Shown: positions 55,722 to 64,000 of the stretch, piece after piece
How the letters are laid out: the number at the start of each line of letters is the position of its first letter
How positions within the stretch are numbered: the first letter of the stretch is position 1
DNA from: Candidatus Latescibacterota bacterium
GTDB taxonomy: Bacteria; Latescibacterota; UBA2968; GCA-2709665
Direction of reading: 5' to 3'
NCBI GenBank assembly: GCA_963662665.2
Contig: CAXXJS010000050.1
Span: 26,259-90,258, forward strand
Length of the DNA: 64,000 nt
The notes under the pieces: generated by a model
Database searches by the model: none
What the model was told of the DNA's origin: nothing
Seen by the model: the letters and a program-made list of their open reading frames with translations, nothing else
Program-made: the position numbers and the translations under genes

Positions 55722-55904
55722 TCAATGCAACCGTTGCTTGATCTCAGAATCTGAGGCCGTCTCCAGGAACAACTCCAGCGCCTCTTTCAAATTATCCCTT
55801 GCTTCCGACACGGCTGTTCCCTGACTGGCGACGTACAGCTCAGGGCAGCGTGCGACGAAGCCGTCGTCTTCACGTTCGATAATCCTTGTCAGTTGCCGTG
55901 TCAT
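55722..55904 (-). CDS. HicB-like antitoxin-fold small protein, paralog 2
   Basis: MTRQLTRIIEREDDGFVARCPELYVASQGTAVSEARDNLKEALELFLETASDSEIKQRL. Confidence 0.7.
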   Translation of the reverse strand: MTRQLTRIIEREDDGFVARCPELYVASQGTAVSEARDNLKEALELFLETASDSEIKQRLH

Positions 55905-56021
55905 CGCAAGCTCCCGACATGCGGATTACGTAGCTTCGCGGTTTGTTTCATCCTTCGCTTTTGCAGTCGACGTTAATCACAGTCCATCATTTTAATCATA
56001 CGAATCACAGGCCTATCCTGT

Positions 56022-56639
<618 letters not shown>

Positions 56640-56678
56640 GCGACCCCCTTCTCTTCGCCAGAGTCAACACCACCAAAC

Positions 56679-56700
56679 ATGGATGGACAGGATTATAACT
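56679..56700 (-). repeat. short interspersed repeat (inverted orientation)
   Basis: The reverse complement reads GTTATAATCCTGTCCATCCATG. Confidence 0.65.
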
Positions 56701-56857
56701 AAAAGAGACACTAAGACTATTCAAACATGGGCATCAATTTACCAGCTTTTCAGTCCGTCTTCTCAGATCCGAAAACTGTCACGTCGTCATCCGTTTTCGC
56801 CCGAGCCATGCTGTACCCCGTCTGAATGGTTCTACCGCTTTTCTGGCCTTTTGCCTT

Positions 56858-56922
56858 TATCCTGCCTATCCTGCCTGCCTGTGCGTGTGGCACGCACGCA
56901 GACAGGTCTATCCATGTTCCCC
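56858..56922 (+). repeat. short interspersed repeat, long form with internal hairpin
   Basis: TTATCCTGCCTATCCTGCCTGCCTGTGCGTGTGGCACGCACGCAGACAGGTCTATCCATGTTCCCC. Confidence 0.75.
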
Positions 56923-56947
56923 TGCATCAATCCTCGATGGTCTTTTG

Positions 56948-57445
56948 CTACCAACCTCCAACCTGAGTCCGGTCCACGACATCCCGTGTCAGGATCTCGA
57001 ACGCCGCGCCGAGGCCCTCCAGGCGGGCTTCTTCGCGATGGCCGGCGGCGCTGTAGATGCCGTATCCCTTCAGGCGTTTCTCCTCCCACAGCAGTTTCTT
57101 GTTTTTTACGTCGTAGCAACTGACGTCCAGATAGACCGATATCTGGAACTGGTCCTCCTGACCCCGGTAGGTGAACGGGTCGTCCCGCACCTCTACAATC
57201 GTGCCGCGAAGCACCACGTCGGCACGGTCTTCGTCCATCACGCGCAGCGCCGCGTCCTGCAGGAACGCCTGGATCAGGCTGTCCGTGAGCGCCTGCTGTA
57301 TTTCCGGCTCCAGACTCTCATTCTCCATCAGCGGAATGGCCACCGAGCGAAAGCCGGAGCCACCTGTCGCGGAGGTCGAATAGTACGCACATCCGCCAAG
57401 CCAGAACATCACCAGCATGGCGCAGGGAAGGAGGGAACGCTTCAA
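56948..57445 (-). CDS. lptE: LptE-like LPS-assembly lipoprotein
   Basis: Lipobox MFWLGGCAY. ..SVAIPLMENESLEPEIQQALTDSLIQAF..VVLRGTIVEV..ISVYLDVSCYDVKNKKLLWE resembles the LptE family pattern. Confidence 0.65.
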   Translation of the reverse strand: MKRSLLPCAMLVMFWLGGCAYYSTSATGGSGFRSVAIPLMENESLEPEIQQALTDSLIQAFLQDAALRVMDEDRADVVLRGTIVEVRDDPFTYRGQEDQFQISVYLDVSCYDVKNKKLLWEEKRLKGYGIYSAAGHREEARLEGLGAAFEILTRDVVDRTQVGGW

Positions 57446-57930
57446 TCCGATTCCTCCGTCGCGTCTCCGGATTCCTCCTCGGTCGCCTCGGTGGACGCTT
57501 CTTCCTTCGGTGCTTCCGCGGACGCCTCCTGCTCCGGCGCCTCGGCTTCGGCGCTTTCGGCGGCATCGTCGCCGCTTTCCTCCGCGGCTGCTTCGCCGTC
57601 GGCCGTTGGCGCCTCGGCCTCATCGCCGGGTGCTTCCGTCTCGTCAGGCACCTTGTTCACTTCGTCGATGTAGTTCATTCTCAATTCGTACAGCGCGTGC
57701 TCGAGAAACTTCTGTTCGTTGTCGCTGAGATTGCCCTTCGTTTTCGCCTGCAGCATGCCCAGGATGTCAATCGTGTTTTTCGCCTGGGCAAGGTCCCGTT
57801 CCACCTTGTTGGACGCAGGGTTCATCACCTTGCCAAGATGCTGCCAGGCCGCCCCCTGAAACATCAGTACGATCTGCGTAAACAGAAACTCGTTTATCTG
57901 CTCCTGGGTAATGGGTTCACTTTCAGCCAT
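57442..57930 (-). CDS. DUF1844 domain protein with acidic C-terminal tail
   Basis: ..AWQHLGKVMNPASNKVERDLAQAKNTIDILGMLQAKTKGNLSDNEQKFLEHALYELRMNY is the DUF1844 core, followed by an E/A/D-rich tail. Confidence 0.8.
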   Translation of the reverse strand: MAESEPITQEQINEFLFTQIVLMFQGAAWQHLGKVMNPASNKVERDLAQAKNTIDILGMLQAKTKGNLSDNEQKFLEHALYELRMNYIDEVNKVPDETEAPGDEAEAPTADGEAAAEESGDDAAESAEAEAPEQEASAEAPKEEASTEATEEESGDATEESD

Positions 57931-58133
57931 GTGGATAACCTCCTTTGGATAAATGATTTAAGCACTTCGTGGCCATGTATCTACAAGACTTGAATCAATA
58001 AGAGTAAGACGGAAGAGGGGAGAGGGGAGAGATCGCCTGCCTTGTAATGTTTCATCTCAGGCCGCAGGCAAGTCGGAGGCACAAATCGGGCAAGGATTTC
58101 CTCTACCGTCTCACGTCTCCCTTCTCCCCGACT

Positions 58134-58787
58134 TCAGGTTTTTCCGCTACCGTCTCCCGTCTCCCCGTTTAACGCGGCTGTCAGCCGCGCGATCGCCGTT
58201 TCAGCGTTCGCCCACCCTCGTACAATGTCCATCTGCCGCTCCCCGTGTTTCACGACCACGCTTGGAAACTCCCGGACGCCCATCGAGCGGCGAAGGTTGA
58301 AGCCTTCCTGCAATTCCGCCTCTATCTCAGGTGATCTGATGTCCCGCTCAAACCGGTCCGCGTCCAGCGGCGGCGAAAGCGATCCGGCAATCGCGGTCAG
58401 CGTCTCAATATCCGAGGGGTTCCGCGCCTCCCGGTAATACGCACGCTGGATGGCGTCGAACATATCTGGCACGGCGTCCACTCGCTGCGCCCTCGCCGCC
58501 AGCACCGCGCGGCAGGCGGGGTAGGTCGACCGGCGGGGATCGCATTCGCGCCAGAAGTCCCAGTTGAATTCCGCCCCGGTCGCTGCCGCGACTTCCCGCC
58601 AGTTCCGCTTAACGTACTCACGTGTCTCCTCGGGCATCGGTTCGTTCGAATCCCTTGCCAGACCGCCCATCACGTACACCGTCTGAACAGCCTCCGGAAG
58701 GGCCGAAACGATCTCCCGCAGCACCGGCCTGAACCCCCAGCACCACGAACACATCGGGTCTGCCACGTAATAGAGTCGTTGGTCCAT
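58134..58787 (-). CDS. DsbA-family thioredoxin-fold protein
   Basis: YYVADPMCSWCWGF carries the CxxC motif. The last ~10 codons run into a GGGAGACGG-type repeat. Confidence 0.85.
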   Translation of the reverse strand: MDQRLYYVADPMCSWCWGFRPVLREIVSALPEAVQTVYVMGGLARDSNEPMPEETREYVKRNWREVAAATGAEFNWDFWRECDPRRSTYPACRAVLAARAQRVDAVPDMFDAIQRAYYREARNPSDIETLTAIAGSLSPPLDADRFERDIRSPEIEAELQEGFNLRRSMGVREFPSVVVKHGERQMDIVRGWANAETAIARLTAALNGETGDGSGKT

Positions 58788-59062
58788 TTTTCGCTCCCTG
58801 GCAAAGAGGCGACGGGCACTTTCAGCGGGCTGTTAAGGTACAATATTAAAGACGCGGGTTGAAAAAGGCAAGCGTATCGATCCTGTCTGAATCCGCGCGG
58901 CGACGATTTAGTGCGCCTTTCCGGCGGCGCGATAGAATCCGCTTGCGCTGGTGCGATGATTATTTGTACTTTCATCCCCGCTGAATTTGCCAGCCTCCGT
59001 CCCGTGCGGGAATCCGGTAGCGGGACCTCGAAATCGGAAAACACACAAAAAGGAGGTCGCCC

Positions 59063-59527
59063 GTGAACGTGGAAGTCACAATTAACGGCGAGCGCCACAG
59101 CCACGACGTGGAGCCCAGGCTGCTGCTTGTGCATTATCTGCGCGACGTTTTGGGCCTCACAGGCACCCACGTTGGCTGCGAAACCAGCCTCTGCGGCGCC
59201 TGTACCGTGATGCTCAACGGGCAGGCGGTCAAATCCTGTACATTGCTCACGGTACAGGCCAACGGCGCCGAAATCACCACCATCGAAGGCCTGGCCGAAA
59301 ATGGCGAGCTTCACCCGGTCCAGGAGGGCTTCTGGGAGTGCCACGGCCTGCAGTGCGGCTTCTGCACCCCCGGGATGATTATTGCCGCCCACCAGTTGCT
59401 GGAGCGCAACTCACGGCCCACCGAGGCGCAGATTCGGCGCGGCATCGAGGGCAACCTCTGCCGCTGCACCGGGTACCAGCACATTGTGGACGCCGTCCAG
59501 TACGCAGCCAGGAAAATGAGATCCTAA
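59063..59527 (+). CDS. coxS: (2Fe-2S)-binding small subunit of a molybdenum hydroxylase (CoxS/CutS-like)
   Basis: GTG start after [19 protein letters not shown] and CGFCTPG..CRCTGY are the two [2Fe-2S] motifs. Confidence 0.9.
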   Translation: MNVEVTINGERHSHDVEPRLLLVHYLRDVLGLTGTHVGCETSLCGACTVMLNGQAVKSCTLLTVQANGAEITTIEGLAENGELHPVQEGFWECHGLQCGFCTPGMIIAAHQLLERNSRPTEAQIRRGIEGNLCRCTGYQHIVDAVQYAARKMRS

Positions 59528-59540
59528 GAGGAGGTCTTCC

Positions 59541-61871
59541 ATGCCTGTCAGCAAATCAGTAGGCGCGAGAATCAAGCGCAGGGAAGATCCCCGGCTGATT
59601 CAGGGCCTTGCGCAGTACGTAGACGACATTCAAATGCCCGGAACGCTGCACGTGGCCGTCCTGCGCAGTCCGTACGGACACGCGCACATCCGGAGCATCG
59701 ACACCGCCGCCGCTGCGGATCACCCAGGGGTAGTCGCCGTGGTGACCGGCGACGATCTCAAAGATAATATCGGCACCATTCCATGCGCCACCACCGACCC
59801 CGAAGCTTTTCCCGGCATCCAGGTTCCGGAGCATCCGGTCCTGGCCCATGGCAAAGTGCGGTTCGTCGGGGAACCGGTTGCGGCCGTTGTGGCCGACAGT
59901 CCCTACACCGCCAGTGACGCGGCCGAACTCATCGAGGTCGACTACGACCCGCTCGACGCCGTCAACTCCGCGGAGTCCGCGCTGAGTGAAGGCGCACCCA
60001 TTCTGCACGAACAGTTCGGCAGCAACCAGGCCTTCACCTGGGCTATTGCCGGCGGCGACATCGACGATGCATTCGCCCAGGCCGACCGCGTGGTCAAACA
60101 GCGTTTCGACCACCAGCGCCTGGTGCCCAATCCGCTGGAAACCCGCGGCGTGGTCGCACGGTTTGAGCCCGGCCGCGGCAAACTCACGGTCTGGTCCTCT
60201 ACCCAGATCCCGCATCTGCTCAAGACCCAGTTGTCGGTGATTCTCAACCGGCCGGAGCAACTCGTCCAGGTCATCGCCCCTGAAGTGGGCGGCGGGTTCG
60301 GCTGCAAACTGAACGTGTACGCCGAGGAAGCCCTGGTCGGTCACCTCGCGATCCAGCTAAAAAAGCCGGTCAAGTGGATCGAGAGCAGGCGGGAGAACTT
60401 CCTTCACACGATCCACGGCCGCGACCAGGTAGGCGACGTGGAGATCCCCGTAAAAAACGACGGGACCATCCTGGGTCTCAAATACTCCGTGCAGGCCGAC
60501 GTGGGCGCCTATTATCAGTTGCTCACACCGGCAATTCCAACCCTCACGGGATTGATGCTCTGCGGCTGTTACAAGTTCCAGAACGTCTCCATGGAACTTA
60601 CCGCCGCGTTTACCAACAAAATGTCCACCGATGCCTACCGGGGGGCGGGAAGGCCGGAGGCCACTTACCTCATCGAACGCATGCTGGACTGCGTGGCCTT
60701 CGATCTGGACATGGATCCCCTGGAGGTCCGCCGCAGGAACTTTATCGGCAAGGACGAATTCCCCTTCACCACCGGTACGGCCGTTGCGTACGACAGCGGC
60801 GACTACGACATTGCACTGAACAAGGCGCTCAGGAAGATCGATTACGAGGGATTCCGCAAGGAGCAGGCGGAAGCCCGCGAACAGGGCCGGTACCTGGGGC
60901 TGGGCTTCTCAACCTACGTTGAAATCTGCGGGATGGGCCCCTCGGCGGCCATGCCGGCAGGCGGCTGGGAAAGCGGCACCGTGCGCGTGGACCCCACGGG
61001 CACGGTCACCGTTCTCACCGGCGTCTCGCCCCACGGCCAGGGCCAGGAAACCACGTTTGCGCAACTCATCGCCGACGGCCTTGGGGTGGACATCGACGAC
61101 GTGCGGATCATCCACGGCGATACCGAAGCCGTGCAATACGGCATCGGGACGTTCGGCTCCCGCGCGACCGCGGTGGGCGGCACGGCCATGGTCATGGCCA
61201 TGGAAAAGGTTAAGGAAAAAGCCGTCAATATCGCCGCGCATCTCCTGGAGAGCAATCCGCATGACATCGTCCTCGAAGACGGAAAATACGGCGTAAAGGG
61301 CTCGCCCGACCAGGGCGTGACCCTGATGGAAATATCCATGGCCGCCCACGGGGGCGTGAACCTGCCGCCGGATACCGAGCCGGGTATGGCTGCCACACAC
61401 TTCTTCGAACCCTCCAACTTCACGTACCCGTTCGGCACCCATATCGCCATCGTGGAAGTGGACGCGGATACCGGCGAAGTGGACATCCTGCGCTATATCG
61501 CCGTTGACGACTGCGGCAATATCATCAACCCGCTGATCGTCGAGGGTCAGATCCACGGGGGCATCGCGCAGGGCCTGGGCCAGGCGCTCTACGAAGAGGC
61601 CATCTACGACGAGAGCGGCCAGATGCTCACCGGCTCGTTCATGGACTACGCCCTGCCAAAGGCGCACAACTTCCCCCGCTTCGAACTGGACAACACGGTC
61701 ACGCCCTCTCCTGTGAACCCCATGGGCGTCAAGGGCGTGGGTGAGGCGGGCACCATCGGCTCAACGCCGTCCATTGTGAATGCGGTGGTCGACGCGCTCA
61801 AGCCATTCGGCGTACGTCATATCGATATGCCGCTGCGTCCTGAAAAACTCTGGAAGCTGATGCAGGGGTAG
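59541..61871 (+). CDS. coxL: molybdopterin-binding large subunit, form II CoxL-like (xanthine dehydrogenase family)
   Basis: The active-site loop reads TDAYRGAGRPEA (AYRGAGR, the form II signature), not the form I AYXCSFR. Confidence 0.9.
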   Translation: MPVSKSVGARIKRREDPRLIQGLAQYVDDIQMPGTLHVAVLRSPYGHAHIRSIDTAAAADHPGVVAVVTGDDLKDNIGTIPCATTDPEAFPGIQVPEHPVLAHGKVRFVGEPVAAVVADSPYTASDAAELIEVDYDPLDAVNSAESALSEGAPILHEQFGSNQAFTWAIAGGDIDDAFAQADRVVKQRFDHQRLVPNPLETRGVVARFEPGRGKLTVWSSTQIPHLLKTQLSVILNRPEQLVQVIAPEVGGGFGCKLNVYAEEALVGHLAIQLKKPVKWIESRRENFLHTIHGRDQVGDVEIPVKNDGTILGLKYSVQADVGAYYQLLTPAIPTLTGLMLCGCYKFQNVSMELTAAFTNKMSTDAYRGAGRPEATYLIERMLDCVAFDLDMDPLEVRRRNFIGKDEFPFTTGTAVAYDSGDYDIALNKALRKIDYEGFRKEQAEAREQGRYLGLGFSTYVEICGMGPSAAMPAGGWESGTVRVDPTGTVTVLTGVSPHGQGQETTFAQLIADGLGVDIDDVRIIHGDTEAVQYGIGTFGSRATAVGGTAMVMAMEKVKEKAVNIAAHLLESNPHDIVLEDGKYGVKGSPDQGVTLMEISMAAHGGVNLPPDTEPGMAATHFFEPSNFTYPFGTHIAIVEVDADTGEVDILRYIAVDDCGNIINPLIVEGQIHGGIAQGLGQALYEEAIYDESGQMLTGSFMDYALPKAHNFPRFELDNTVTPSPVNPMGVKGVGEAGTIGSTPSIVNAVVDALKPFGVRHIDMPLRPEKLWKLMQG

Positions 61872-61971
61872 GCTGTCTGCCCGGCCCATCGGGTGGCGCG
61901 AAAAACCGGGCGGCGAACGGTTGAACGCGCTCGCACGGAAGTTCAAATTTTCGATACCTGGAGAGATTACA

Positions 61972-62838
61972 ATGATTCCTAGCCCATTCGACTATCATGC
62001 GCCGAAGACCCTGAGAAAGGCGCTCAGCCTGCTTCAGGAACACGGAGACGACGCAAAGATCCTGGCTGGCGGCCACAGCCTCATCCCGCTGATGAAACTG
62101 CGGTTCGCCTCTCCGGCAACCCTCATCGACCTTGGCGGCATCACGGGTCTGCGGAAGGTCGTGGCCGGAAACGAAACCATTTCGATCGGCGCCCTGGCGA
62201 CTCACTACGCGGTTGAGAGCCACCGTCTGCTGAAGTCCAGGTGCGGCCTGCTACCTGAAACCGCCTCGGCAATAGGAGACGTCCAGGTGCGCAATCGCGG
62301 CACGGTAGGCGGCAGCCTGGTCCACGCGGACCCGGCTGCAGACTGGCCCGCCACGATGCTGGCGTTGAACGCCGAACTCGACGTCTCCGGCCCCGATGGC
62401 GTGAGGAGCGTTGCCATTGGCGATTTCTTCGAAGATCTGCTCACCACCGCCATTGGCGACGACGAAATCCTCACCCGGGTCCGCATCGCCACGCCGCCGG
62501 ACAACTCGGGCGGTGCGTACGTCAAGATGCACCAGTCCGCCTCGGGATTCGCTATCTGCGGCGTTGCCGCCCAGGTTACGCGGGACAACGGCAGCTGCGC
62601 CTCGGTCGGCGTCGGCGTCACTGGGGTATCGCCGGTGGCTTACAGAGCCTCGGCCGTTGAGGCAGCGCTGCAGGGGGGACCGCTCAACGACGAGTCCATC
62701 GCGTCGGCAGCCGAATTGGCCGCCGACGGCGTCGAGGAACTCCAGGAAGACCACCACGCTTCGGGCGACTACCGCGTGCACCTGGCGCGGGTCTATACCC
62801 GGCAGGCGCTCACGCTTGCTGCCCAGCGGGCTGCCTGA
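61972..62838 (+). CDS. coxM: FAD-binding medium subunit (CoxM/CutM-like)
   Basis: MIPSPFDYHAPKTLRKALSLLQEHGDDAKILAGGHSLIPLMKLR. GGAGAG RBS. Confidence 0.9.
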   Translation: MIPSPFDYHAPKTLRKALSLLQEHGDDAKILAGGHSLIPLMKLRFASPATLIDLGGITGLRKVVAGNETISIGALATHYAVESHRLLKSRCGLLPETASAIGDVQVRNRGTVGGSLVHADPAADWPATMLALNAELDVSGPDGVRSVAIGDFFEDLLTTAIGDDEILTRVRIATPPDNSGGAYVKMHQSASGFAICGVAAQVTRDNGSCASVGVGVTGVSPVAYRASAVEAALQGGPLNDESIASAAELAADGVEELQEDHHASGDYRVHLARVYTRQALTLAAQRAA

Positions 62839-62942
62839 CCGCGTCCGCACTTTGTAACCGTCAAACGCGTGCGTTCGGTTAAGGCGGCCGGGCGCGCGCC
62901 CGCACGTACCCACCACCCCCGTAGATTGCGGAGGAAGCGCTC

Positions 62943-63452
62943 TTGAAAATAACGGGCACGCACACCATCAACGCGTCCCGCGAGCGGGTCTTCGGAATAC
63001 TCACGGACCCCGATGCCCTCGCCAGGTGTATACCGGGCGCCCGGAAGCTGGAACTTGCCGGCGAGAACACGTACGAACTGGAAATCAACGCCGGCGTAGG
63101 ACCCATTAAGGGCAGTTACAGCGGCACGGTCCGGCTGGAAGACCTGAATCCGCCCGAATGCTATCGAATGATCGTCGACGCGAAGGGCAAGACCGGGTTT
63201 GTCAAAGGTGAGGGCAGTATCGATCTCGCAACCGAAGGCGACGGTACCCAGGTCTCGTACAGCGGCAACGTGCAACTGGGCGGCCCCGTTGCGGCCGTGG
63301 GCCAGCGGCTGCACATGAGCGTTTCGAAGATGATGACGCGGCAGCTGTTCGGCGCTATAGAGGCCGAGGCCAATGCCACTCCCGGCGAAACCGTGAAGCA
63401 CGGCATCCTGCGGGACTATCTCCGCGGCAAGAGGCCGGGCGCCGGACAATAG
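62943..63452 (+). CDS. coxG: CoxG-family SRPBCC protein
   Basis: TTG start. KITGTHTINASRERVFGILTDPDALARCIPG...GPIKGSYSGTVRL. Confidence 0.85.
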   Translation: MKITGTHTINASRERVFGILTDPDALARCIPGARKLELAGENTYELEINAGVGPIKGSYSGTVRLEDLNPPECYRMIVDAKGKTGFVKGEGSIDLATEGDGTQVSYSGNVQLGGPVAAVGQRLHMSVSKMMTRQLFGAIEAEANATPGETVKHGILRDYLRGKRPGAGQ

Positions 63453-63516
63453 CGGTTCCCGTCCGGACCGGCTGAGATAACCAAAAACGCGCGAGTTCTG
63501 CAATCCGGAATCCCGT

Positions 63517-63882
63517 ATGCCCCATATCAACTGGAACGACGTCCCCGTCAACGACCTGGCGCCCGGCGTGCGAATCCGCGCGCCCTATGGCGAAAACCTC
63601 ATGATCTCCCTGCTGGAAATGGATGAGGGTGCGGTCGTGCCGCTGCACCATCACCCCCACGAACAGGGCGGCATCATGCTCGAGGGGCGGGTCGAACTCA
63701 CGATTGGGGACGTTACCCGTACGGTTGAGAAGGACGCCGCGTATCTCATTCCGCCCAATGTGCCCCATCGCGCGGTTGCCGTGGACGGTCCCGCCGTTGT
63801 GCTGGACATCTTCAGCCCCGTCCGGGAAGACTACGTGGAACTGGGCAACCGCTACATCCCGCCTGACGACGCGCCCGGATAA
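63517..63882 (+). CDS. cupin domain protein
   Basis: ..VPLHHHPHEQGGIMLEGRVELTIGD....IPPNVPHRA are the two cupin motifs. Confidence 0.8.
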   Translation: MPHINWNDVPVNDLAPGVRIRAPYGENLMISLLEMDEGAVVPLHHHPHEQGGIMLEGRVELTIGDVTRTVEKDAAYLIPPNVPHRAVAVDGPAVVLDIFSPVREDYVELGNRYIPPDDAPG

Positions 63883-63924
63883 ACGCACAGGCCGCCGTGT
63901 CGCAGATCGAGAATTGAAAAAAAC

Positions 63925-63953
63925 AGAGGGTCGGGAGTGATTCCCGACCCTCT
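63925..63953 (-). terminator. Rho-independent terminator, strongest on the minus strand
   Basis: AGAGGGTCGGGA-GTGAT-TCCCGACCCTCT has an A7 tract on the plus-strand 5' side, which is a U-tract on the minus strand. It probably ends a minus-strand gene beyond the window edge. Confidence 0.65.
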
Positions 63954-64000
63954 TCTCGTTCCTCCGCGTGGCCCTCATCCCTCTTCATTCTACCCGATTG

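Noticed and set aside
57318-57728. Pro/Arg-rich ORFs 57318..57623(-) and 57417..57728(+).
   Set aside because: They are alternative frames of the Glu/Ala-rich acidic tail of the DUF1844 gene, so this is a compositional artefact.
63355-63978. 207-aa minus-strand ORF at the right edge.
   Set aside because: It is antisense to the cupin gene and Arg-rich. The hairpin plus U-tract at 63925-63953 suggests a real minus-strand gene ends beyond the window rather than inside it.

Overview
GC-rich chromosomal segment from an uncultivated-looking diderm bacterium (LptE, LpoB, TonB, an OM beta-barrel protein and RND efflux are all present). I call about 60 protein genes, one tRNA and one group II intron. 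From 5' to 3' the window holds: (1) small-molecule metabolism, with a D-amino-acid/peptide catabolic cluster (1-7.7 kb); (2) a repeat-filled intergenic region followed by a textbook sigma-54 promoter and a lipoprotein/LpoB/OMP cluster (7.7-11.8 kb); (3) HD phosphohydrolase and HNH nuclease genes, then a blaI / M56-BlaR1-like / tonB unit (12-17.4 kb); (4) a TetR-regulated OMF-MFP-RND efflux operon (17.6-24.2 kb); (5) mixed metabolism; (6) an aquaporin gene followed 13 nt after its stop by a 756-nt ORF-less group II intron, which sits inside a 200-nt repeat whose intron-free paralog lies at 54.9 kb; (7) the glycolytic operon pfkA-gap-pgk-tpiA-secG-tRNA-Leu on the minus strand (36.3-41.3 kb); (8) a HAD-YvcK fusion, a DUF62 SAM hydrolase, RadC and a stretch of gene fragments (42-48 kb); (9) an accessory island (53.7-57 kb) with VapBC, two orphan HicB-like genes, a dense short interspersed repeat family, and an AhpD-like gene with an in-frame TGA at the CxxC position plus a downstream hairpin (candidate selenoprotein); (10) a form-II CoxSLMG-type molybdenum hydroxylase cluster. 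The most interesting items are the ORF-less intron with its filled and empty target sites, the candidate Sec-containing AhpD-like protein, the interspersed repeat family, and a 19-bp perfect palindrome present on both sides of the BlaR/RND block. All calls come from reading the sequence and ORF translations. No database search was run, so family names are recognition from motifs and memory.
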